Below are positions 9,853-16,911 of a DNA stretch of 64,000 nt, one piece after another. The number at the start of each line of letters is the position of its first letter. Positions within the stretch are counted from its first letter, which is position 1. Below the pieces are notes generated by a model. That model was not told the origin of the DNA and searched no databases. It worked only from the letters and a program-made list of their open reading frames with translations. Origin of the DNA: a virus. A program made the position numbers and the translations under genes. The stretch spans positions 64,001 to 128,000 of IMG/VR virus record IMGVR_UViG_3300009161_000023. One strand, 5' to 3'.

Positions 9853-10458
9853 ATGAAAAGTTTCTATGATTTTTATACTAAACTTAAAACTTTAAAAGAA
9901 GAAAATATGCCTGTTGATGCAAAAGTAATGGATAATCCACCACCACCAGACACAGACAGTTCAAAAGATATGTCTTCTGGGATGGATATGTCAAAACCAA
10001 ACAGTCCACAAAAGCTTACAGATAAATCTCAAGATAAACCATCTGAAGAAGAATCTAATCTTTCTCCACCAGAAGGTAAGATTAATTACAAATCTATCAG
10101 TAAAAACTTAAAACGCATTTCTAAGTTTTTATCAAAATTTAAAAATATTGATCAAGAAAAAGGAGATCAACTTGAGCAACTTTTAAGTCAAGTTTCAAAT
10201 TTAGTAAATAGTTTTGAAGGAGCACCAGAAGAAGAATCTGAAGAAGGAAGTGAAGATAAATCTTCTGAAAAAGACTCAGGTGAAGTAGGTTCAATGGCTG
10301 GAGATACTAATAAACCATCTGATGCTGGTGGTGGTATGGATATGAGTGGCGGTGGTGGCGGTGGTGGCGGTGGTGGCGGTGGTGGTGGTGGTGGCGGTAT
10401 AGATATGAGTGGTGGCGGTGGCGGTGGTATGCAACAAGGAATGAATCCGCCTTCTTAG
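9853..10458 (+). CDS. Low-complexity acidic/poly-Gly protein, capsid-targeting-like N-terminus
   Basis: TAAGGAG SD; MKSFYDFY..LKEE; GMDMS motif twice plus GIDMS; poly-Gly tail. Confidence 0.85.
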   Translation: MKSFYDFYTKLKTLKEENMPVDAKVMDNPPPPDTDSSKDMSSGMDMSKPNSPQKLTDKSQDKPSEEESNLSPPEGKINYKSISKNLKRISKFLSKFKNIDQEKGDQLEQLLSQVSNLVNSFEGAPEEESEEGSEDKSSEKDSGEVGSMAGDTNKPSDAGGGMDMSGGGGGGGGGGGGGGGGGIDMSGGGGGGMQQGMNPPS

Positions 10459-10467
10459 TATTAAAAA

Positions 10468-10611
10468 ATGAAAATAGTAAAAACAAAAAAGTCAGATTCA
10501 CTATTTAAACATAAACCAGATAAAATTATATTTTATACTGATTTAAAACCTAGAATTCCATTGGTTTTTTTTAATAGAAAAAATAATAATGATAAAAAAA
10601 ATTCTAATTAA
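10468..10611 (+). CDS. Small basic hypothetical protein (47 aa)
   Basis: Below the ORF-track cutoff; MKIVKTKKSDSLFKHKPDKIIFYTDLKPRIPLVFF... fills the gap and overlaps the protease start. Confidence 0.4.
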   Translation: MKIVKTKKSDSLFKHKPDKIIFYTDLKPRIPLVFFNRKNNNDKKNSN

Positions 10612-11368
10612 TTTTGGCTTTATGTATTTGTTTTTATTTGTTTTAAATTTTTTACATGCTATAAATATTGACTTGCAAAATAAATGTTTGTTGCCATCAG
10701 TAAAACTACTTTCCTATGCTAAAAAAAGCATAGGAAGTGGTGTTATTATTAAATCATATCTTATGAAAGATAAAAGTTATTCAAATATTGTAATTTCTTG
10801 TAATCATGTTACTAAAAACAATAAAATTATTATAGAACTTACGAATATAAATAACAAAGTTGAATGTTATTACAGTACAGTTATATATGAAAATCAAATC
10901 AATGATATTTCTATAATTCAATTTAGAACAGATGAAAAACAAGCTGTAGCAGAAATTGATTTTAAAAATGATATTTTTATAGCTGATGATATAATTAGTG
11001 TTGGATATGGATTATCTAATTTGCCAAAATTAGGATATGGAAAGATAATTACTCAAAAACAAAACGATAAGTTATTCAAAGGTACATTTTTTACTAATAT
11101 ACCTATGGTCATGGGAGACTCTGGTGGCCCAATATACAAAGATAATAAATTAATCGCTATATCTCAAGCAATTAGAGTTATAGAATGGAACGAAACTATA
11201 TTACCATTTCCTAACATATCTGTAATAATACCAATTAATAAATTAATAGAGATAAATAAAGAAGAATCTGGCAAACTAAGGTTTATTATAGAAGAAAAAA
11301 GTAGCCCGCCAATGTTTCCTCATTTATTTTTACAAATGCAAGAATTTGATAAGATTTTAATTAAATAA
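10589..11368 (+). CDS. Trypsin-like (S1) serine protease with N-terminal membrane anchor/signal
   Basis: Complete triad: ISCNHV, NDISI, GDSGGP; hydrophobic N-terminus. Confidence 0.9.
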   Translation: MIKKILINFGFMYLFLFVLNFLHAINIDLQNKCLLPSVKLLSYAKKSIGSGVIIKSYLMKDKSYSNIVISCNHVTKNNKIIIELTNINNKVECYYSTVIYENQINDISIIQFRTDEKQAVAEIDFKNDIFIADDIISVGYGLSNLPKLGYGKIITQKQNDKLFKGTFFTNIPMVMGDSGGPIYKDNKLIAISQAIRVIEWNETILPFPNISVIIPINKLIEINKEESGKLRFIIEEKSSPPMFPHLFLQMQEFDKILIK

Positions 11369-11401
11369 AACTATAATAATTAATATTATGGAGTTTAAAA
11401 T

Positions 11402-11617
11402 TTGATACAAAAAGATTGCTTTTTTTACATAGATACATCTTTAGATAAAGACAAACAAAAAATACAATCTATTTGCGTTGAATGTTATAATAAAAATTTC
11501 AAGGAAAAAAATTGTTGGTTTTGGAATGGTAAGAATTTAGGATATGGGCCTTGGGATATAAACTGTGATATTTGCAATTGTTTTATAAATGAAATTTACA
11601 GGAGTAAAATTGATTAA
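11402..11617 (+). CDS. Small Cys-rich (putative Zn-binding) protein
   Basis: CVEC and CDIC pairs; GGAG SD with TTG start. Confidence 0.6.
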   Translation: MIQKDCFFYIDTSLDKDKQKIQSICVECYNKNFKEKNCWFWNGKNLGYGPWDINCDICNCFINEIYRSKID

Positions 11618-12257
11618 AGATTTGTACAATGTAAAATCAAAAGAAATAAAAATACCAAGCGAAGTTTTAGATAAAATATTTAAATCATTAGAAGCAGATT
11701 TTTTTGTTGAAATTAATGTTAAAAAAACTAGCATTATTAAATATTTAAATAAAAAAAACAATAACTTAATTCATTTTTTAAAACCAGAAGATGCTGAAAT
11801 ATTTAGAGAAATTAGGGATAATTTAAAAGAATTTATCAATGAAGTAAAAAGTTTAAAAATAGACAAGAAAAAGATTGATGAATTAAGTGATAGAGAAGCT
11901 TTGATTTTTAATTTTATAAAAACTAGTCAAGATAACGATAATATATCTATTAAGAAATTTAAAAGTGATGCTGAAGTCTTGTCTAAAGATTTAAAAGATT
12001 TTTTTATATCAAATAAAAAATCATTAGATATTGTAAAAGGCTTTAATGAACCAACCAATGTAATTTTAATTCACTTGAATTCATTAAGCTATCAATCATT
12101 TTTTAAAATTCATGGAAATTTTTTAATGTTTAATAAAGCAAAAATATTATTAATCGGAGATGATATTTCTGCTAATATAAATTTCTTTAAAAAATATGAA
12201 TTTAAACCATTGTATAAAAATCTTACTAAGAATACTATTTGGTCTAAAAATGTTTAA
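11589..12257 (+). CDS. Hypothetical protein
   Basis: 222-aa ORF overlapping the upstream gene, no recognised motif. Confidence 0.7.
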   Translation: MKFTGVKLIKDLYNVKSKEIKIPSEVLDKIFKSLEADFFVEINVKKTSIIKYLNKKNNNLIHFLKPEDAEIFREIRDNLKEFINEVKSLKIDKKKIDELSDREALIFNFIKTSQDNDNISIKKFKSDAEVLSKDLKDFFISNKKSLDIVKGFNEPTNVILIHLNSLSYQSFFKIHGNFLMFNKAKILLIGDDISANINFFKKYEFKPLYKNLTKNTIWSKNV

Positions 12258-12565
12258 ATATAACCTAATTTTTCAGCTGCCATTACTTCTGGTGCTGTAA
12301 CATATCTGCCAACCATTTCAGATACACATTTTAAAAAATGCTTTGCTATATCTTCTTTAATTTGTTTCCCAAGGCCCATTCTATGTGCTTCGTAAAAAGC
12401 AGACATATCTATGGAATAATCAAGAATTATTCCATCAATCATAATTTGTTTTTCAAAGCTGCCATTTGGATGATGAATATATCCAACTTTAAAGCTTTTC
12501 TTTCCTTCTGGTATGTTCTGATTAACCAGAAGATTTAAATTTCTAATTGGCTCTTCTTTTTCCAT
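12254..12565 (-). CDS. Hypothetical protein
   Basis: 103-aa ORF with normal composition, convergent with 11589..12257. Confidence 0.75.
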   Translation of the reverse strand: MEKEEPIRNLNLLVNQNIPEGKKSFKVGYIHHPNGSFEKQIMIDGIILDYSIDMSAFYEAHRMGLGKQIKEDIAKHFLKCVSEMVGRYVTAPEVMAAEKLGYI

Positions 12566-12591
12566 GTATTATTATAATAATGTGTATAAAT

Positions 12592-13221
12592 TTATTTTAA
12601 TATTTTATATAATTTTACATCTTCAGAATAATAAGACTTGACTCTTTCAATGATATCTTCTGATAGTTTTGGCTTTTCAAACTTTCCTTCATTGACTTTT
12701 TCCATTGGCCAATTTAATTCTGCATCTTTGCATAATTTTTCTAAGTCATCAGGAAACAAATAAAGTTTAGTAATTGGTTTTATCAAATAAGATTGCGTAA
12801 GAAAATGAGTGTTTTTTCTTAAATTTATACTTGTTTTTTCCAATACAACATTTTCATCGTTCTCAAGTGCTTTAATTGCTTTTTCAGGAGCTATTTCAAG
12901 ATAAGCTACTGTAGAAGCAAATCTAACTATTGGATCACGAACAGGCAATAAAACAACTGTATCTGGATCTTTTGAATAAGGACAAATGTTTTGCCAAAAA
13001 GCTATTGAATCTAATTTTTCATTTTTTAACATTTTTTGAAAAGATTCTGGCAAACTATCTTTAAAATTTTGTGAAAACCTTGACCAAATTCTTTCGTGAT
13101 CATCTAAAGCTTTTTTTAATTCTTCAGGATAATACTGTTTTACAATAGCACACGCCAAAGTGGATGAACCAACTTTGGCGTTAAATGCAATATGACATTT
13201 AGGTAATTTAAAATATCTCAT
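12592..13221 (-). CDS. Sulfotransferase family 2-like protein
   Basis: NAKVGSST (5'-PSB loop-like), VRDPIVRFAS (3'-PB), HFLTQ, YYSEDVKLY. Confidence 0.7.
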   Translation of the reverse strand: MRYFKLPKCHIAFNAKVGSSTLACAIVKQYYPEELKKALDDHERIWSRFSQNFKDSLPESFQKMLKNEKLDSIAFWQNICPYSKDPDTVVLLPVRDPIVRFASTVAYLEIAPEKAIKALENDENVVLEKTSINLRKNTHFLTQSYLIKPITKLYLFPDDLEKLCKDAELNWPMEKVNEGKFEKPKLSEDIIERVKSYYSEDVKLYKILK

Positions 13222-13252
13222 AAAATATATTAGTTAATTTATGAGATATTTT
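13210..13252 (-). promoter_or_regulatory. 15-bp hairpin covering the sulfotransferase start codon
   Basis: aaaatatctcataaa (13210-13224) and tttatgagatatttt (13238-13252) are exact reverse complements around a 13-nt loop. Confidence 0.7.
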
Positions 13253-13257
13253 TAAAA

Positions 13258-13608
13258 TTATACTGCTGGAGCAGGAGTTGTTGCTTCTGGAACAGGGGTT
13301 GTTGCTTCTGGAACAGGAGTTGTTGCTTCTGGAACAGGAGTTGTTGCTTCTGGAACAGGAGTTGTTGCTTCTGGAACAGGAGTTGTTGCTTCTGGAACAG
13401 GAGTTGTTGCTTCTGGAACAGGAGTTGTAGTTGGAATTGTACCAATTACTTCAATTTCTGCTTTAGGATTACCTTCTTTGTATTTATCAATACATAATTG
13501 TAAACCGCCAGCATCTTCAATTATTGAATTACTCCAAATACTCATAACAATGTCATCTTTATTAGTAACTACTACTCTTGTTTCTTCAATTTTAACTTTA
13601 ATCTTCAT
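13258..13608 (-). CDS. Small protein with a Thr/Pro-rich (ATTPVPE)n tail
   Basis: AAGGAG SD; globular N-terminal 60 aa, then repeats. Confidence 0.85.
   Translation of the reverse strand: MKIKVKIEETRVVVTNKDDIVMSIWSNSIIEDAGGLQLCIDKYKEGNPKAEIEVIGTIPTTTPVPEATTPVPEATTPVPEATTPVPEATTPVPEATTPVPEATTPVPEATTPAPAV
13274..13428. repeat. 7 x 21-nt tandem repeat plus a partial copy
   Basis: ggagttgttgcttctggaaca units; one a>g change in copy 2. Confidence 0.95.
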
Positions 13609-13988
13609 TTTGGACTCCTTTTAACATGATGTTTGCCATCTATTTCTGTTATTTCACAACCAAATTTTTTGTACCATTTTAATAATTTTTCTTGGTTCAT
13701 TCCCAAAAAAAACTTATCTTTTTTTGTAACAGAAGGCCCAACTAATGTTGGATAAGCTATTCCTAACATTGTAATTTTATTTTTATCTGCTAAATTACAT
13801 AAAAACTTGCAAGTTTTATTTGCCTCAAAAGGATTGAATGAAATTATTTTTATTAATTTAAAAGTACTTTCATTAATCATTTTGCATCTTAGAAGAGTTT
13901 CCCCATGTTTCAAATGATGTCCACATGGGGATGTATTTTTATTTAACTCTTCCCAAAAAGAATTATCAATAGGTGTAATAATATTCAC
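13605..13988 (-). CDS. GNAT-fold acetyltransferase-like protein
   Basis: FLCNLADKNKITMLGIAYP...KLLKWYKKFG resembles the GNAT C-terminal motif; the acetyl-CoA GxG loop is not clear. Confidence 0.45.
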   Translation of the reverse strand: MNIITPIDNSFWEELNKNTSPCGHHLKHGETLLRCKMINESTFKLIKIISFNPFEANKTCKFLCNLADKNKITMLGIAYPTLVGPSVTKKDKFFLGMNQEKLLKWYKKFGCEITEIDGKHHVKRSPK

Positions 13989-13999
13989 CTATAATGAAA

Positions 14000-14359
14000 T
14001 TAATTATCATAGTCGCCATCAACAAACTTACCATTTGCATCTTTGATAACTAAGAAATCAACATCTCTTTTCTTGTTTCCTGAAATGGTAAAGCTAGTTA
14101 CAAGACCATCACCATTTCTATTTTTATAAAGACCCCAAGCTTTGCCAGCAGTAACAATAGTTAATTTTTCTGGAACATCCCAAACATATTCAGGAAGTTC
14201 AACATTGGCTTCTCCATTATTACCTTCTTCAATATAAACAGTTCCACTATAAACAACATGTGGATCTAAAATAGAAACATATTGTGTTCTATTGTTTAAT
14301 GGCCCTTTGTTAGGCTCTCCTGCACCATTGCCAACACCTGTAACACTTGAAGCACCCAT
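14000..14359 (-). CDS. MGASS-family small fibre/decoration protein D
   Basis: MGASSVTGVGNGA N-terminus; beta domain VELPE..FTISG..VDFLVIK; AAGGAG SD. Confidence 0.8.
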   Translation of the reverse strand: MGASSVTGVGNGAGEPNKGPLNNRTQYVSILDPHVVYSGTVYIEEGNNGEANVELPEYVWDVPEKLTIVTAGKAWGLYKNRNGDGLVTSFTISGNKKRDVDFLVIKDANGKFVDGDYDN

Positions 14360-14432
14360 AATATTCTCCTTTTTATAATTGTTAAAATAAACAATTCTTA
14401 TACTATCTATTAATTTTAAAAAATATCTTACA

Positions 14433-14466
14433 AATAAATATACTCATGTAGATGAGTATATTTATT
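14433..14466. terminator. 15-bp stem-loop (terminator or processing site)
   Basis: aataaatatactcat-gtag-atgagtatatttatt. Confidence 0.7.
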
Positions 14467-14472
14467 AAGATA

Positions 14473-15006
14473 CTAAAGTGCAGCTATTGCTGTTTTAAAA
14501 GCAGCAAAATCAGCACAGCTAGAAACTAAAGTCTTTAAATCAGATATTTTAATCCAAATATTATTGTTATTAAAATCTTTAATATCTCCGCCATCTGGTA
14601 ATGTCATAATGCCATTATCATGAAATCTCCAGTTGTTATTATCAACATCAATGTTTACTTGATGTTCATCGCTAGCACTATCTCCACCATCAAGATTATC
14701 ATCAAGGCTGTGATTGCCTACAGTAATACTTACAGCAGGACCATAATTTTCTTCCATGTCTCTTTGACCACCCCACCATAATCCTAAATATTCTGTATTA
14801 CTTGAAGCCCAAATTACTGATTCTTGATCAAGAGATTCCTGATCTGATGCCCATAGTGTTCCAACTAAAAGATCACCAGTAAAGGCAGTAAGGTCTACTA
14901 TGTTTGATAAATTCCTTACATTTTCTGGTTTAATATTATTTTGAATTCTTGGAAAAGAATTCTCCACTGCTCCACTACCTGTACCTTCTGTTGATGTTGC
15001 TCCCAT
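14473..15006 (-). CDS. MGASS-family fibre protein C
   Basis: Start refined to ATG 15006 (AAAGGA SD; MGATSTEGTGSGA). WRFHDNGIMTLPDGGDI and C-terminal DFAAFKTAIAAL resemble phage fibre motifs. Confidence 0.8.
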   Translation of the reverse strand: MGATSTEGTGSGAVENSFPRIQNNIKPENVRNLSNIVDLTAFTGDLLVGTLWASDQESLDQESVIWASSNTEYLGLWWGGQRDMEENYGPAVSITVGNHSLDDNLDGGDSASDEHQVNIDVDNNNWRFHDNGIMTLPDGGDIKDFNNNNIWIKISDLKTLVSSCADFAAFKTAIAAL

Positions 15007-15030
15007 AATTATTTTCCTTTCTATAAAAAA

Positions 15031-15063
15031 AATATTACAGGGTTTTATAAACCCTGTAATATT
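15031..15063 (-). terminator. Rho-independent terminator
   Basis: aatattacagggttt / aaaccctgtaatatt stem; A-tract at 15025-15032 gives a U-tract on the minus strand. Confidence 0.75.
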
Positions 15064-15076
15064 AAGTTGCATTACA

Positions 15077-15487
15077 TTAAATTACATTAAGACCATACTT
15101 AACAACTTGATACATGAATACTCTTTCATCATTATCGCCTGTATGAAGATTGAAGCCACCGAATCCACTATCCCAACCTTCATCAGCATTGTTGCCGTTG
15201 GCATCAAGCTTTTCGATATGTGGTGGATAGTTATTACGACCATCACTATTAGTAAAGTCAGATTGCATAGCAAAAACGCCATACTTTTCTGGACCTTCTG
15301 GAAATTCTGGTAGCCTCACAATAACTTGCCAATTGCCAGAACCTGTAGTATCTGGCTCTGTGGTACATTCTCCACATGCTACCACAACACAACCAGCACC
15401 TATTGGAGCAAAATAATCACGACCATTGTGTGGCCCTTTGGTAAAAGCTGCACCAACGCCTGTACCAGTAACACTTGAAGCACCCAT
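15077..15487 (-). CDS. MGASS-family small fibre/decoration protein B
   Basis: MGASSVTGTGVGAA N-terminus; VRLPE..FNLH..MYQVVKYG. Confidence 0.8.
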   Translation of the reverse strand: MGASSVTGTGVGAAFTKGPHNGRDYFAPIGAGCVVVACGECTTEPDTTGSGNWQVIVRLPEFPEGPEKYGVFAMQSDFTNSDGRNNYPPHIEKLDANGNNADEGWDSGFGGFNLHTGDNDERVFMYQVVKYGLNVI

Positions 15488-15522
15488 AATAAGTTCCTTT
15501 CTAAAAAACTTAATTTTTAATT
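15477..15522. repeat. 46-nt exact direct repeat, copy 1 (leader + RBS + start)
   Basis: gaagcacccataataagttcctttctaaaaaacttaatttttaatt, identical to 15846..15891. Confidence 0.95.
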
Positions 15523-15856
15523 ACAATCCTATTCCTTTATAAACTACCATATAGTTTACAACATCACTTCCACTTGCATATACAGTAAATTTCCAATTTG
15601 CATCAACTGCGGAAGCAGAAGTAGCAGCAGGACTAGAAGCATCAGTATTAGTTACTAATACAATCCATTCTGTATTATCATCACTTAATTGTGGTAATTG
15701 AACAACTTTTGAACCGCCTGAACATGTTACAGAATTAGCTGCACCAATATAAGGCCCAATTAAGTGTGAAACTCCAAGAGTTTGACGACCACTAGCACCT
15801 TTGTTTGATGATTCAGCAGATCCTACACCTTTACCGCTAACACTAGAAGCACCCAT
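15521..15856 (-). CDS. MGASS-family small fibre/decoration protein A
   Basis: MGASSVSGKGVGSA N-terminus; VQLPQ..FTVY..VNYMVVYKG. Confidence 0.8.
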   Translation of the reverse strand: MGASSVSGKGVGSAESSNKGASGRQTLGVSHLIGPYIGAANSVTCSGGSKVVQLPQLSDDNTEWIVLVTNTDASSPAATSASAVDANWKFTVYASGSDVVNYMVVYKGIGL

Positions 15857-15891
15857 AATAAGTTCCTTTCTAAAAAACTTAATTTTTAATT
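15846..15891. repeat. 46-nt exact direct repeat, copy 2
   Basis: Identical to 15477..15522. Confidence 0.95.
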
Positions 15892-15976
15892 TAATTAAAG
15901 TCTAATTTATATATTTTTAATTTAAATTAATTATTTATTTTTTGGTTAGAATTCCTACCAAAAAAGTAAATAATAT

Positions 15977-16567
15977 ATGATTCAAAAATGGCAATACTTT
16001 GAAAGTAATTTAACTTTAAGTGAAAGAGAATCACAAATTATAACAGGTACATTGCTTGGAACATCTTCTATTGTATTTCCTGATAAATCTAAGAATCCAC
16101 ATCTTTTAATGAGATCTCCTAAGAAAGATCCAATTTGGATTAGATGTAAAGCTTTTGAATTAAAAAAACTATCTAGACCTAAATCTTTTATAGAAGATAA
16201 ATATTATTATAGGTGGAATTCATCATCGACAGAATTATTAAAAAATCATTATAATATTTTTTATAAAAAAGGAACCAAACAAATATCTTTTAAATTATTA
16301 GAATCATTAAAACCATTATCTATAGCTTGTTGGTTTTTAGATAAAGGATTTATCAATGAATATGAATGTGGATTAAAATTAAATACATCTAATAAATCAC
16401 TTGAAAATATATTAAATTTTTTTAAATTATTAGACATTCCTTTATTTAAAAAACAAAACTATTACATTTTTAAAGAAAAGAAAAATGTAAATTCTTTTTT
16501 TAATATAATAAAAAATCATATACCAATTGAAATAAAAAAGAATATATTAATACATTTGGAATTTTAA
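15977..16567 (+). CDS. LAGLIDADG-family homing endonuclease-like protein, apparently degenerate
   Basis: IITGTLLGTSSI and LSIACWFLDKG correspond to the GTLLGDG and WFMDDG motifs, each with an acidic residue replaced. Confidence 0.7.
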   Translation: MIQKWQYFESNLTLSERESQIITGTLLGTSSIVFPDKSKNPHLLMRSPKKDPIWIRCKAFELKKLSRPKSFIEDKYYYRWNSSSTELLKNHYNIFYKKGTKQISFKLLESLKPLSIACWFLDKGFINEYECGLKLNTSNKSLENILNFFKLLDIPLFKKQNYYIFKEKKNVNSFFNIIKNHIPIEIKKNILIHLEF

Positions 16568-16798
16568 GACATTATCATATAAATCTTTTAAAGTTATGCC
16601 TGTATTTAAATTATTATAAATAGTATCGTCAACTTTAATTTTAAATTTAATCTCAATATCAAAAATAAGTTGCATCATATCCAAGGAATCAACTTTTAAA
16701 TCAAAGATTTTTGTAATTTCGTTTATTTCATCTACAGAACATGAATCTGCTAAAGATTCACAGATAACTTCTTTGAATGTTTCAAAATTTAGTTCCAT
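16547..16798 (-). CDS. acpP: Acyl carrier protein
   Basis: 83 aa, acidic; DLKVDSLDMMQLIFDIEIKFKIKV has the DSL phosphopantetheine site; GGAG SD. Confidence 0.8.
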   Translation of the reverse strand: MELNFETFKEVICESLADSCSVDEINEITKIFDLKVDSLDMMQLIFDIEIKFKIKVDDTIYNNLNTGITLKDLYDNVLKFQMY

Positions 16799-16911
16799 GA
16801 TATTCTCCGAATATGTATCATAACTTTAATTATATTATTAATAATCATATTATGTGTCAAGTAAAAATTATTTATTGTTAAACTTTATAATTTTTTTTTA
16901 TATATTTCTTT

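Noticed and set aside
13274-13428. Possible CRISPR array (also considered for the 105-nt units at 48521-48941)
   Set aside because: Repeats are contiguous, in-frame and coding, with no unique spacers.
14000-15856. N-myristoylation signal in the MG-starting proteins
   Set aside because: Only one of four fits G-x-x-x-S/T, and the context is a bacteriophage.
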